From NCBI GenBank assembly GCA_034408725.1, contig JAWXCN010000035.1, positions 1,002 through 65,001 of the forward strand: a stretch of DNA of 64,000 nucleotides, written 5' to 3'. The stretch comes from Candidatus Hydrogenedentota bacterium. Lineage in GTDB: Bacteria > Hydrogenedentota > Hydrogenedentia > Hydrogenedentales > SLHB01. Below the pieces are notes generated by a model. The model was not told where the DNA came from, did no database searches, and saw only the letters and a list, made by a program, of their open reading frames with translations. Of this stretch, positions 10,402-21,071 are shown piece after piece (position 1 is the first letter of the stretch; every line of letters starts with the position of its first letter). The position numbers and the translations under genes were made by a program.

Positions 10402-10476
10402 ACCAAACTCCCATTTAACCTCGTAGCCATATATATGGTATGAATATTTTTCCTATATCCTGTATATTGTGTACCA

Positions 10477-11403
10477 ATGGACGCCGTCTATACAGAGAAC
10501 CTCTCCAAAACCTATCGATCCCAACTCGGACAGCGGCAACCCATCTCCCTTGACGATCTCTCATTATCGGTCGCTGAAAATGAGGTGTTCGGATTTCTTG
10601 GACGCAACGGCGCGGGCAAGACCACAACCATCAAATTGCTTTGCGGGCTTATCCGTCCGACGCGTGGAACAGCCCGGATATTCGGGGAAGATTCAAGACG
10701 CAAGGAATCGCGCAGACTCATTGGATTCCTGCCCGAGAATCCGTACTTCTACGAATACCTGACGCCAAAGGAGACGCTCGATTTCTACGGCAAGCTTCAC
10801 GGCCTGAGCGCGACGGACCGGGCGAGTGAATGGAAGAAGCTTTCGGAGATGCTGGACCTTGGCCCGATTGCGGATCAGCGCGTCCGCAGCTTCTCGAAGG
10901 GGATGCGGCAGCGACTGGGGTTCGCGGTAGCGCTGGTGGGCGATCCGAAATTGCTCATTCTCGATGAACCGATGAGCGGACTCGACCCGCTCGGACGCCG
11001 CGCCATTCGTGAACTGATTCTTAAAATGCGCGACCAACAAAAAACGATCTTTTTCAGTTCGCACGTGCTCAGCGACGTGCAGCAGGTTTGCGACCGCGTG
11101 GGCATTCTCGTGAAAGGCAAACTCACGCGCCAAGGCCGGCTCAACGAATTGCTAACCGAACGCGTGCAAGTTGTCGAAGTGGTCGCGGCAAACCTGGCCC
11201 AGGCAGCTATCAGTGATATCGCGCGCATGGCCACCGCCAACCGGGTTTCCGAAACGGGACATCATTTCATCGTCGCCGATCTTGCGGTTGCCAACGAGCT
11301 GGTCAAAATGATTCACGCGCGCGGCGCGGAACTGGTCGATTTTATCGCTGTCCGCGAATCGCTCGAAGACTATTTCATGCGCGTGCAGGACGACTGCGTA
11401 TGA
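10477..11403 (+). CDS. ABC transporter ATP-binding protein
   Basis: GRNGAGKTT, FSKGMRQR, LILDEP, SSH. Confidence 0.95.
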   Translation: MDAVYTENLSKTYRSQLGQRQPISLDDLSLSVAENEVFGFLGRNGAGKTTTIKLLCGLIRPTRGTARIFGEDSRRKESRRLIGFLPENPYFYEYLTPKETLDFYGKLHGLSATDRASEWKKLSEMLDLGPIADQRVRSFSKGMRQRLGFAVALVGDPKLLILDEPMSGLDPLGRRAIRELILKMRDQQKTIFFSSHVLSDVQQVCDRVGILVKGKLTRQGRLNELLTERVQVVEVVAANLAQAAISDIARMATANRVSETGHHFIVADLAVANELVKMIHARGAELVDFIAVRESLEDYFMRVQDDCV

Positions 11404-12161
11404 GGATCATCGCCGTCGCGCAGAACACTTTCCGCGAAGCCGTCCGTGACAAAGTTTTCTATGTCCTCGTATTTTTCGGACTTGCCACGCTGGTGGGCTC
11501 CAAGGCACTCGGCTGGATCAGCATCGGGCAAGAAATCAAAATCGTCAAAGACTTCTCGCTGGCATCGGTATCGGTCTTCGGCGTCCTCATTGCCATATTC
11601 GTCGGTACAAGCCTGATCTATAAAGAGATCGACAAGCGCACCATCTACACCATCATCTGCCGGCCCATGGCGCGATATGAATTCGTGCTGGGCAAATACC
11701 TCGGCATGGCGTTGCTGCTCGGCGTCACGACCGCCGTGCTCGGCATCGTCGCCGCGGCGTACGTCGCCATTCTCGGCGGCAATGTCGATGCGACTTTTTT
11801 CTACGCGCTCGTGCTCATCTATTGGGAACTACTGATGGTGACAGCATTCGCCACTTTGTTTTCATCGCTCACGTCGCCAATTCTCGGCGCGATCATCGTA
11901 TTTTCGATTTACGTCGTGGGACACGCCACCGGCATTCTCATAAACCTGCCCGAACATTTCGACAACACGGCGTCAAAAACCGTGCTCGAATTCATGTACT
12001 ACATCGTGCCAAATTTCTCGAACTTCAATGTTCGCGCGGAGGCGGCAAATGACGTGCCAGTCGCATTGGGCTATGTCGTCTGGAGCATGGTCTACGGCGC
12101 CGTCTACACCGGCATGCTGCTCCTGCTCGCCGCGGTCGCGTTCGAGAACAAGGACGTGTAG
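11400..12161 (+). CDS. ABC-2 type permease
   Basis: About six TM helices; NTFREAVRDK, EIDKRTIYTI; ATGA coupling. Confidence 0.9.
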   Translation: MRIIAVAQNTFREAVRDKVFYVLVFFGLATLVGSKALGWISIGQEIKIVKDFSLASVSVFGVLIAIFVGTSLIYKEIDKRTIYTIICRPMARYEFVLGKYLGMALLLGVTTAVLGIVAAAYVAILGGNVDATFFYALVLIYWELLMVTAFATLFSSLTSPILGAIIVFSIYVVGHATGILINLPEHFDNTASKTVLEFMYYIVPNFSNFNVRAEAANDVPVALGYVVWSMVYGAVYTGMLLLLAAVAFENKDV

Positions 12162-12163
12162 CG

Positions 12164-13168
12164 ATGCGCAAACTCGCCGCCATTGTGGTCGCCGTGCTTA
12201 TCTCATTCGCATGCACCACGCTCGCGCAAAAACGCGCGGACACCATCCGCGCCGAGAATCGTTCCGAGGAAGTCTTGTACTTTCCCAATGAGCGGCTGCT
12301 GGATTCGTTTACCTGCGGACACAGCAGCGTCGTCGCTGACATCCTCTGGCTGAAGTGCATTCAGTATACTTCGCAACAGTTTCACGGCGACTTCAAGTTC
12401 ACGCTTCTAGATCGCATGCTCAACACGATCACCCGGCTCGATCCGCATTACGTCGATGTCTACCGTTGGGGCAGTGTGTTCCTCGCCATGCTCAAACGCG
12501 ACAACGACGCCAGCATCAACCTCCTCAAACGCGGCATCGAACATAATCCCGGGCGATGGGAGTTGCCGTTCGAGATTGCGCGCACCTACGTGTTAAACCG
12601 GCACGATGAAGTGATGGGCGCGAAGTGGATGGCCGTCGCAGCCGCGACGGGCGAGCCACCCAAGTTTGTGATCGATTGGGCAAAAAATTTGCAGCAGCGC
12701 CACGGCCTCGCCGAAGTCGAGCGCGGCATGTGGCAGGAGATTCTTCAAAACAGCGGCGACGCCAACATGCGCGAAGTGGCGCAACGCAAGATCATCGAAA
12801 TCGACCTGCGCATCCTCTGCGAAGTGATGAACGAAGCCGCGGAACGCTACGAAGCCGCAAAAGGTTCAAGACCGGCCCGCATTGCTGACCTCATATCGGA
12901 ATCGTTGATTAGCGGGATGCCGATGGACCCGCTCGGCGGCGAATTCTTCATCAACTCCAAAGGCATGATTCAAAACACGTCTCTGCTCGATTCCATTCTT
13001 GGAGAGCGCCGCATCGTGCTGCAAGGGTTCATCAAAAAATTCCGAGATAAACACGGCCGATGGCCAGCAAGTCTCGACGAATTAAAGTCCGAGTATTCCG
13101 CCATTCCCACCAACCCCTACATCGACCGCGAATGGCAATACGACGTATCCAAAGGGGAGGTACTGTAA
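12164..13168 (+). CDS. Membrane-anchored TPR-like protein with two C-terminal pseudopilin(GspG)-like motifs
   Basis: ADILWLKCIQY...LDPHY; motifs PARIADL..PMDPLGG and PASLDEL..IPTNPY. Confidence 0.6.
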   Translation: MRKLAAIVVAVLISFACTTLAQKRADTIRAENRSEEVLYFPNERLLDSFTCGHSSVVADILWLKCIQYTSQQFHGDFKFTLLDRMLNTITRLDPHYVDVYRWGSVFLAMLKRDNDASINLLKRGIEHNPGRWELPFEIARTYVLNRHDEVMGAKWMAVAAATGEPPKFVIDWAKNLQQRHGLAEVERGMWQEILQNSGDANMREVAQRKIIEIDLRILCEVMNEAAERYEAAKGSRPARIADLISESLISGMPMDPLGGEFFINSKGMIQNTSLLDSILGERRIVLQGFIKKFRDKHGRWPASLDELKSEYSAIPTNPYIDREWQYDVSKGEVL

Positions 13169-13253
13169 TGCGAGCAGTGCTAAGCGGCTACCAACGGCCC
13201 CGCAATTTCCTGCGCTCGGTCCCCAAACAATTACCGCAGCTCACCGAAAACAA

Positions 13254-16145
13254 TCATTCCTCGCCTTTCAGATAACCAATCAGATCGCGCAACTGCTGTT
13301 TCGTCATTCCTTTTTCCAATTCCTCCGGCATAAGCGATTTGCTGGCGGTTTGGATCGAGACGATGTCCGTGCGCGGAATGGTCTTCACGACGCCGAGCGG
13401 GCACTTCAACGTGATGTTCGATTCGTTCTGCGACGAGATGATGCCCGAATAAGTTTCCAGATCGGCGGTTTCCACGGTATAGCTTTCGAATCCCTGCTCA
13501 AGCAGCCAGTTGGGCATCAGAATGTGCATCAGCACGGCTTCATTCGGTTGACTGCGGATGCTGGTGAGGTCAGGACCGACGGCGTAGCCGGTGTCGTTGA
13601 ACAGGTGGCACTGCGCACAGAGGTCTTTGAATACTTGCGCGCCGGAAACTGAGTTCGGCGCCAGCGACAACGCATCCTGATATTCTTCATACACCTTCTT
13701 GCGATCGGTTGTTTTTACTTCCGCGAACAACGCCGTCGATTTCGCTTTGATTGTCTCGTCCCGATGTTTCTGCAAATTGGTTCGAGCGCCGGGATCGATG
13801 GTCCAGGCAGGAATCGCGCCACGCTCAATCGCGTCAAGCATGGCCATTGTCCGTTGCGGCGTCGCAAGCAGCGCGCTGGTTGCCGCGCTGCGCACCGGCG
13901 CCGTGAAACCGCCCCACGCGTCCGTCGCCAGAATCCCCGCAACGCGGTCGTCGTGCATATTCGCGAGTGCCTGCACCGCCGCAATCTGCAATTCCGGCGG
14001 CGCGATGGGGCCCATGAGCGTGGCAAGCACTTCACCAGCCGTATCAAAATTCGTAAAACCCAAAAACTCCACTGCGCGAACGCGTTCTTCCAGCGGGCGC
14101 GCACCATCCTGCAACGTATTGAGCGCAGCCGTGACCGCCGCATCCAAATGTTTTTGCAAGGAGGCATTCTTCGCTGCCGCAGCCTTCAGCCGCTCCAATG
14201 CCGACGGTTCGTCGCCATAAGCCTGGCTCGATCCCACTCCATCTAGTGCGCCGCGCAAGACGGCCAATTGCCACGGCTGTACCGCATTGGCATCCGGGAA
14301 TACCGGCTCCAGGAACGCCGTCGTGACATCGGGAGTGCTGCCCACGGCCAGCGTGCGTGCGATCACCTCGACAAATTCGGGGAGCTCCTGCGCGCTTTTG
14401 TCAGCCTGCTCGATCGCGGCAGTTGCGAATCCCGCGAAATCGTAACCGGCGCTGCTCAATGCCGCGTCACGTGTCCACGGATCGGCAATGTCCGTCGTGG
14501 CGATACGCGCCAACGCCGCCGTGCCACGCGCGTCTTTCGCATCCCCCAGCGCAAGCGCCGCAACAAACCGCACACGGGCGTCGGTGTCCGCCGCGAGTTT
14601 CAACGCCAAGTCGGCGAGTTTCGCGCCGTCTTTTACGTGGGCGCGCGACATCCTTAGCGCGTGTTCCCGCACGGACGGACTTTCATCCTCCACTGCAATT
14701 TCAAGGTCTGCATTCGTGAGTTGACCCGACGCGTGTAGCAGATACAGCGCCGCGACCCGCGCGCGATCACGGGAATCCTCATCCTTCAGAATGTTGCGAA
14801 GCGGTTCCGCCAGCGGGCCCTGCTCAAGCAGTAATCGTTGCGCAGTATCCGCAACCCAGCCGTTTTTGTCTCCCAACGCCAAATACAGAGAAGCGGCATC
14901 CGCCGGATCCAGCGCGCGCGCCCGGCGCGTTACTTCTTTTCCAATGACGCGATAAATGCGTCCTTGTTGTGTACCTCCCTCGAAATCCGCCGCGCCCCGG
15001 ATTTCTTCCGGCAGATAGACGGGATGCTCAATCGTTTTGCGGTACATATCGCAGACGTACAACGCGCCGTCGGCGCCGTTCGCGGTAAACACCGGCCTGC
15101 ACCAGTTATCCGGTGACGCAAAAAAATCTTTCTCCTGTTCCGTCGTATCGCGTTTGGCCACGAGCGATGCGCCCGCCGGTTCCAGGATGTCGCGGTGGAC
15201 CAGCGCGGCAGTCGGATCGCAGACGAACGCGTTTCCTCGATAGTGTTCTGGCAGCGCGTCGCCACGATACACCATGATGCCGCAGGCTGCTGTAAACGTG
15301 CCCGCATGCGCGAACGCCGTTGTTTGCGCGTCGCTCAGGGCAAAGATGCGCCCTGCTTCGCCGTGATCAGGAATTTCCGCGACCGTCTTGTTCAGCCCCG
15401 CATGTACATTGCGCGCAAGATCGCCGGGCTGCAACATGACCATTTCAATGTGCTTGCGGTTGCTGCACACAAACTTGTTTCCAAAATCATCGAACGCCTG
15501 GCCGAACTGCGCCTGTCCCGCGGTCGTTTCAAACACCCCCGTCAACGGATTGTAGCGGCCATCCAGTGAGCCCATTTTCACCGCGGCCAAATCAGGTTTG
15601 GAAGGGTTCGTGATTTCGCCGCCGCTCAACCCATTCGTAAGATAAATCCAGTTATCCACGCCCAACATCGGATGGCTCACGCGCAACTGCGTCGAACCAC
15701 CTGGCGCAAACCCCGTGAGCAACACCGCACGCACGTCTGCGCGCCCATCGCCGTCGGTGTCTTTCAAAAACAGCAGGTCCGGCGCGCACGTGACGATGAC
15801 GCCGCCTTTCCACGGCATCACGCCGTTGGGAAAATCGAAACCATCTGCAAACACCGTCCGCTTGTCGTAATATCCATCGCCGTTGGGGTCTTCGAGCAAC
15901 GCAACGATGCCCTTTCCGCTTTCGTCAGTCGGGTATCCCCGGTTCTCGACAACGTACATGCGGCCGCGCTCGTCAAACGCGATCGCCACGGGATCGACGA
16001 CGTCGGGTTCGGCTGCCACCAACTCCACCCGCACGTCGTCCGGCACTTTAAACATGCCCAGCGCGTCTTGCGCGGGAATGGGTTCAAGTTGTTCCGCGCT
16101 TGCGTACAGCACCAAACCAGCGAAAGCACACAAGAACTTATTCAT
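13254..16145 (-). CDS. PVC-type membrane-bound dehydrogenase-like protein with HEAT repeats and cytochrome c domain
   Basis: ELVAAEPDVVDPVAIAFD propeller start; CAQCH heme motif; VGPDL; SLMPE; DLIGYL. Confidence 0.9.
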   Translation of the reverse strand: MNKFLCAFAGLVLYASAEQLEPIPAQDALGMFKVPDDVRVELVAAEPDVVDPVAIAFDERGRMYVVENRGYPTDESGKGIVALLEDPNGDGYYDKRTVFADGFDFPNGVMPWKGGVIVTCAPDLLFLKDTDGDGRADVRAVLLTGFAPGGSTQLRVSHPMLGVDNWIYLTNGLSGGEITNPSKPDLAAVKMGSLDGRYNPLTGVFETTAGQAQFGQAFDDFGNKFVCSNRKHIEMVMLQPGDLARNVHAGLNKTVAEIPDHGEAGRIFALSDAQTTAFAHAGTFTAACGIMVYRGDALPEHYRGNAFVCDPTAALVHRDILEPAGASLVAKRDTTEQEKDFFASPDNWCRPVFTANGADGALYVCDMYRKTIEHPVYLPEEIRGAADFEGGTQQGRIYRVIGKEVTRRARALDPADAASLYLALGDKNGWVADTAQRLLLEQGPLAEPLRNILKDEDSRDRARVAALYLLHASGQLTNADLEIAVEDESPSVREHALRMSRAHVKDGAKLADLALKLAADTDARVRFVAALALGDAKDARGTAALARIATTDIADPWTRDAALSSAGYDFAGFATAAIEQADKSAQELPEFVEVIARTLAVGSTPDVTTAFLEPVFPDANAVQPWQLAVLRGALDGVGSSQAYGDEPSALERLKAAAAKNASLQKHLDAAVTAALNTLQDGARPLEERVRAVEFLGFTNFDTAGEVLATLMGPIAPPELQIAAVQALANMHDDRVAGILATDAWGGFTAPVRSAATSALLATPQRTMAMLDAIERGAIPAWTIDPGARTNLQKHRDETIKAKSTALFAEVKTTDRKKVYEEYQDALSLAPNSVSGAQVFKDLCAQCHLFNDTGYAVGPDLTSIRSQPNEAVLMHILMPNWLLEQGFESYTVETADLETYSGIISSQNESNITLKCPLGVVKTIPRTDIVSIQTASKSLMPEELEKGMTKQQLRDLIGYLKGEE

Positions 16146-16276
16146 ACGTTTTCCCCAATTAATGCGCCGTGAAATGCGACCGCCATTACACCATAATGCA
16201 CGCGCCGCATTGAATGCACGCTTGCTGTGGTGTACGTTGCACGTGCGGGAAAACCAAACACTGTGGGAGAAGGCCT

Positions 16277-17617
16277 GTGCGCGCTTGTAGCTGGATATCG
16301 ATGTCGCTCTTCGTCCTTGTGATTGGCGCCGCTCAAGCCGAATACAAAGTAGGCGCGGGAACCGCGGTCATCACTCCAGAAAAAAATATCTGGCTTGCGG
16401 GTTACGCATCGCGCAATGCGCCCGCCGAGGGCAAGGAACACGACCTCTTCGCAAAGGCTCTCGCAATAGAAGACGAAACAGGCGCGCGTACCATTATTGT
16501 GACCACAGACCTCGTCGCGGTGTCCCGCGATCTCTCGGACAAAACGTCCGCGCTGGTCCTTGAAAAATTCGGCGTGCCGCGCGACCGCTACATGATCACG
16601 GCCTCCCACACGCACAGCGGACCGGTCACCAATGATCGGCTCTACGACATGTACGGGCTTGACGAATCGCAGGCTGCCCCAATTGCCGAATACACCGCGA
16701 CACTTCCGGACAAAGTGCTCGCGGCCGTGACGCAGGCAGTGGAAAACCTCGAACCATGCACGCTGCATTGGGGGAACGGCGCCGCGGGATTCGGCAAAAA
16801 TCGCCGCACGTATACAATCGACGGCATGGGCGGCGGCATGAATCCCATCGGCCCGGTCGACCACGATGTGCCGGTCCTGCTTGCGCGCAACGCCGACGGA
16901 AAACCCAAAGCCGTATTGTTCGGCTATGCCTGCCACAACACGACACTCTCCTGGCAATTTTATTGCGGCGACTACGCCGGGTTCGCGCAGACCAATCTCG
17001 AACAATCGCTGCCCGGCGCGGTCGCACTATTCGTCTCCGGGTGCGGCGCGGATCAGAATCCGCTTCCGCGCGGAACCGTCGAACATGCAAAACAATACGG
17101 CGGCGAACTCAGCGGCGCGGTCCTCAGCGTTATCGGCGGCGACATGAAAAACGTGGATGGACCCGTTCGCGCTGCGTACAAGGAAATCCCGCTCGCGCTT
17201 ACCGAGCCGCCCGCGCGCGAAGACGTCGAAAAGAACCTGCAAAGCGAAAATGTTTACGAGCAACGCCGCGCAAAGCGCCTGTTGAAAATATTCGATGAGA
17301 AAGGCGCGCTCGATACAACCTACCCGTACCCTGTCCAAGTGTGGCAAATCGGTGACGATGTGCAACTCACCGCGCTCGGCGGTGAAGTCGTGGTGGATTA
17401 CTCGCTGCTCATCAAACACGAATTGGGTCGCGACAAACAATTCGTCATCGGGTACGCCAACGATGTCTGCGCCTACATTCCATCCCTACGCGTGCTGAAA
17501 GAAGGCGGCTACGAAGGCGGCGGCGCAATGCTCTACTACGGCTTCTACGGCCCCTGGGCGCCGCAGGTGCAGGATGACATCATGAAGACCGTACACGAAC
17601 TGAGCGGCGCCCGGTAA
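16277..17617 (+). CDS. Neutral/alkaline ceramidase-like hydrolase
   Basis: LAGYASR, ASHTHSGP, YACHNT, GYEG; GTG start 16277 after GGAG. Confidence 0.85.
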   Translation: MRACSWISMSLFVLVIGAAQAEYKVGAGTAVITPEKNIWLAGYASRNAPAEGKEHDLFAKALAIEDETGARTIIVTTDLVAVSRDLSDKTSALVLEKFGVPRDRYMITASHTHSGPVTNDRLYDMYGLDESQAAPIAEYTATLPDKVLAAVTQAVENLEPCTLHWGNGAAGFGKNRRTYTIDGMGGGMNPIGPVDHDVPVLLARNADGKPKAVLFGYACHNTTLSWQFYCGDYAGFAQTNLEQSLPGAVALFVSGCGADQNPLPRGTVEHAKQYGGELSGAVLSVIGGDMKNVDGPVRAAYKEIPLALTEPPAREDVEKNLQSENVYEQRRAKRLLKIFDEKGALDTTYPYPVQVWQIGDDVQLTALGGEVVVDYSLLIKHELGRDKQFVIGYANDVCAYIPSLRVLKEGGYEGGGAMLYYGFYGPWAPQVQDDIMKTVHELSGAR

Positions 17618-17653
17618 CTTGGCTGTTTATCACAGATGGTCTACCCTTACCCT

Positions 17654-17923
17654 TGCGCGCACGAAGTCCTCTCTCCTAAAGAGCCAAAGCGGTGTCTGCG
17701 CTACCCGCTCCGCCACCGCAGTCCAAATAGTCCTCTACCCAGGTTGCGCTTCCCCAAAACGACGTTATAGGAAGAAGCCCATTTGGACTGCGGCGGCCCC
17801 TAAGGCGCCGCTTTGGCTGTTTGTTACAGTTGGCCTACCCACTTGCTGTGCGCGCACGACGTCATCGCCCCTAAACAGCCAAAGCGGTGTCTGCGCTACC
17901 CGCTTCGCCACCGCAGTCCAAAT
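17654..17923. repeat. REP/BIME-like cluster: two ~75-bp direct copies with an inverted copy between them
   Basis: AGCCAAAGCGGTGTCTGCGCTACCCGCT(C/T)CGCCACCGCAGTCCAAAT within 17654-17728 and 17849-17923; inverted ATTTGGACTGCGGCGG...CCGCTTTGGCT at 17781-17821. Confidence 0.85.
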
Positions 17924-17985
17924 GGAAATAAATACAAAAGCACCGCGGAGCGCGCTTGTCATCGATACGGTCCGCAACGAAAATC

Positions 17986-18018
17986 ACCGCAACCCCGAAT
18001 GGAATTGCGGTTTTTTTT
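17986..18018 (+). terminator. Intrinsic terminator-like hairpin
   Basis: ACCGCAA...TTGCGGT followed by a T run. Confidence 0.55.
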
Positions 18019-18243
18019 GTTAGACCTTCTACAATCTCGCAGTGGAACGTACAACATGATAAGTCCAACCCAAATTGCCCAAACGCGCGGCGGCGATACC
18101 ATCCCCGCCCCTACAGGATTAAGCCTGTTTGTCAACCGCAGAATGCTCGGCGCAGGAATACCGCCATCGTGGCCCGTGTATGCCGCGACTGCCCTGATGG
18201 GGCGGTTTTTTGCCGCATTCTGAATCATCCAATTGGTGAGCAA

Positions 18244-19689
18244 ATGAACACCTTTCAATGCAATCTCGCCGCGGAATCCATCCCATTGACCCATGCATGG
18301 GAACACACCGTCGGCAGTGGCCGCGCGCTCCTCGGGCTGCGGGCCGACTGGCGCGAGCACCTGCGCCGCGCACATTTCGATCTGGGGTTTCGCCACGTTC
18401 GCTTTCACGGCATGCTTGATGACGACATGGGCACGTTAATCCGCCACCGGGAGGAATTGCTTTACTCGTTCTTCAATATCGACAGTATCTTCGACTTCTT
18501 GTTGAACATCGGCATGCAGCCCTTTGCGGAATTGTCTTTTATGCCGCCGGCGCTGGCTTCGGGCCATACAACAGTTTTTCAGTTCCAGGGCAACGTTACT
18601 CCGCCGAAGGATTACTCGGAATGGGGCACGCTCATCGGACGGCTCGTGCAACATTGGGTGGATCGCTATGGGCTGGATGAAGTGCGGCAGTGGAATCTGG
18701 AAGTCTGGAACGAACCGAATCTTAAAGCGTTCTGGACGGGCAGCATGGACGATTATTTCGAGTTGTATCGGCATGCCGCGCGAGCGATCAAGGGCATAGA
18801 TGCGGAACTGCGTGTTGGCGGTCCATCGAGCGCCCAGAACGCCTGGATACCGGAATTTTTGGCGTTTTGTGACAAAGAGCAGTTGCCCGCGGACTTCCTC
18901 ACCACCCACTACTATCCCACCGACGCTTTCGGAAAAATCGGCGCGGATACCATCACCCAACTCGAACACGCGCCGCGCGACGTAATGCGGCAACGCGCCG
19001 AAGTGGTGCATTCCCAGTCGCGCGGGTTGCCATTGTATTACACCGAATGGAACATCAGCTCGAATCCGCGTGATCCCTTGCACGATGAATCGTTCGCCGC
19101 CGCGTTTGCCGCGAACATCGCGCTCTCGGTGGATTCGTTCGTAACGGGCTACAGCTTTTGGACCTTCACCGACATATTTGAGGAAAACTATTTTCCGAGC
19201 ATGCCGTTCCACGGCGGCTTCGGCTTGTTAACAATCCACGGCATTCCCAAACCGGTGTATCGCGCGTTCGAGTTATTACACGGGCTGGGTGATCGCCTGT
19301 TTAATGTTGCGGAAAGCCACGACACATTAGACGTGCGCGTTAGCGGAAGCGAAGACTGCGCTGTGATATTCATCACGAACTACGCAATGCCGCGCCACCG
19401 GATCGTGAGCGAGCCCGTCCGCATTCAACTGCGTGGCGCGCGGCCCCCTGTTTCGGCCCTGTTGTCGCGCATCGACGACGACCACGCGAATCCGAAACGG
19501 GCCTGGCAAGAGATGGGTGAACCCGAATATCCGAAGCCGCGAGAGGTCGAAGCATTGTACGCAGCTTCTGCGTTGCGGCCAGAACCCCATCCGTTCAGGG
19601 TAGGCCAGGACCGCATTGAGGTCGATCTTGTCATGCCGCCGCAATCAGTCGCCGCGCTGCGAATCTCCTTTGAAAAAAAGCGGGCGTAA
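18244..19689 (+). CDS. GH39 beta-xylosidase-like glycoside hydrolase
   Basis: VRFHG, EVWNEP (acid/base), YTEWN (nucleophile), SFWTFTDIFEE; start MNTFQ at 18244. Confidence 0.9.
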   Translation: MNTFQCNLAAESIPLTHAWEHTVGSGRALLGLRADWREHLRRAHFDLGFRHVRFHGMLDDDMGTLIRHREELLYSFFNIDSIFDFLLNIGMQPFAELSFMPPALASGHTTVFQFQGNVTPPKDYSEWGTLIGRLVQHWVDRYGLDEVRQWNLEVWNEPNLKAFWTGSMDDYFELYRHAARAIKGIDAELRVGGPSSAQNAWIPEFLAFCDKEQLPADFLTTHYYPTDAFGKIGADTITQLEHAPRDVMRQRAEVVHSQSRGLPLYYTEWNISSNPRDPLHDESFAAAFAANIALSVDSFVTGYSFWTFTDIFEENYFPSMPFHGGFGLLTIHGIPKPVYRAFELLHGLGDRLFNVAESHDTLDVRVSGSEDCAVIFITNYAMPRHRIVSEPVRIQLRGARPPVSALLSRIDDDHANPKRAWQEMGEPEYPKPREVEALYAASALRPEPHPFRVGQDRIEVDLVMPPQSVAALRISFEKKRA

Positions 19690-19701
19690 GGAAAGAACTG
19701 G

Positions 19702-21009
19702 ATGGAAAATGGCCCTCAGACAACACCAGAGCAGGATGCGGTACTCCGCTCGCTGCAGGAAGACTCGTTCACGTACTTCGTCCACAAGGCCAATCCCGCG
19801 AATGGCCTGGTGCTGGACAAATCGCGCGAGGGATGGCCGGCGAGCATTGCCGCGATTGGTTTGGCGCTTGGACTTTACCCCGGCGGCGTCGAACGCGGTT
19901 TCATGACGCGCGAAGAAGCCGTCCACCGCACGTTGACTACACTGCGCTTCTTCACTAAAGCTCCGCATGGTCCCGAACCCGATGCGACGGGATACAAAGG
20001 ATTTTACTACCACTTTCTTGACATGGAAACGGGACGCCGAGCATGGCGCTCCGAACTATCGAGCGTAGACACAGCATTCCTGCTCGCCGGTATGTTGGCG
20101 GCAGCCGCGTACTATCAGGAACAGTCCACCGATGAAAACGAAATCCGCGCGCTTGCCGATGCCTTGTACCGCAAAGCGGATTGGCAATGGATGCAAAATG
20201 GGGGCGCGGCGGTAAGTCATGGCTGGAAGCCTGAGCAGGGATTTCTTCCTTATCGCTGGAAGGGATACGACGAGGCGTTAATCATCTATCTGCTGGGGCT
20301 CGGATCCCCTACATTCCCGCTTCCCGATGAAAGTTATTGCGCGTGGTCTTCAACCTACAAATGGAAAAAGATTTACGGCATCGAGTTCCTGTACGCAGGC
20401 CCGCTCTTCATTCACCAATTGTCGCATCTCTGGATCGATTTCCGAGGAATACGCGACCAGTTTATGCGCGAGCACGACTGCGACTATTTCGAGAACAGCC
20501 GGCGCGCGACATTCGTGCAGCAACAATATGCAATCCGGAACCCCCGTGAGTTCGAGCATTACGATGAATTCTGTTGGGGAATTACGGCAAGTGACGGGCC
20601 CGGTCCAGCGACGATGGTGGTGGATGGAATCGAGCGCGTGTTCTTCGACTACATTGCTCGCGGAGCGCCCTATGGTCCCGATGACGGCACGCTGGCGCCG
20701 TGGGCAGTCGTCGCGTCACTGCCATTCGCGCCGGAGATAGTCCTCCCGACCATTCAAAACTACGAGCGCATGCACCTGAATGAAGCCCAGATGTACGGAT
20801 ACAAAGCAACCTTTAATCCGACTTTTCCCGTAGAACCGGAATATGAATACGGCTGGGTGTCCCCGTATCATTTCGGAATCAACCAAGGCCCGATTGCTAT
20901 TATGATCGAAAATTACCGCTCAGGTTTTTTGTGGAAATTGATGCGGAGATGCCCGTATTTGCTCACAGGGCTGCGGCGGGCGGGGTTCACCGGCGGCTGG
21001 TTGGAATAA
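19702..21009 (+). CDS. Glucoamylase-like (GH144/DUF2329) glycoside hydrolase
   Basis: GFYYHFLD, ELSSVDTA, GPLFIHQ, WGITASDGP, GINQGP. Confidence 0.88.
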   Translation: MENGPQTTPEQDAVLRSLQEDSFTYFVHKANPANGLVLDKSREGWPASIAAIGLALGLYPGGVERGFMTREEAVHRTLTTLRFFTKAPHGPEPDATGYKGFYYHFLDMETGRRAWRSELSSVDTAFLLAGMLAAAAYYQEQSTDENEIRALADALYRKADWQWMQNGGAAVSHGWKPEQGFLPYRWKGYDEALIIYLLGLGSPTFPLPDESYCAWSSTYKWKKIYGIEFLYAGPLFIHQLSHLWIDFRGIRDQFMREHDCDYFENSRRATFVQQQYAIRNPREFEHYDEFCWGITASDGPGPATMVVDGIERVFFDYIARGAPYGPDDGTLAPWAVVASLPFAPEIVLPTIQNYERMHLNEAQMYGYKATFNPTFPVEPEYEYGWVSPYHFGINQGPIAIMIENYRSGFLWKLMRRCPYLLTGLRRAGFTGGWLE

Positions 21010-21071
21010 CCGGCGATTCCGGGTACGCTGAGCCCATCTGAATTTGGGAACGCAAGATTGAGGGGAAACAA

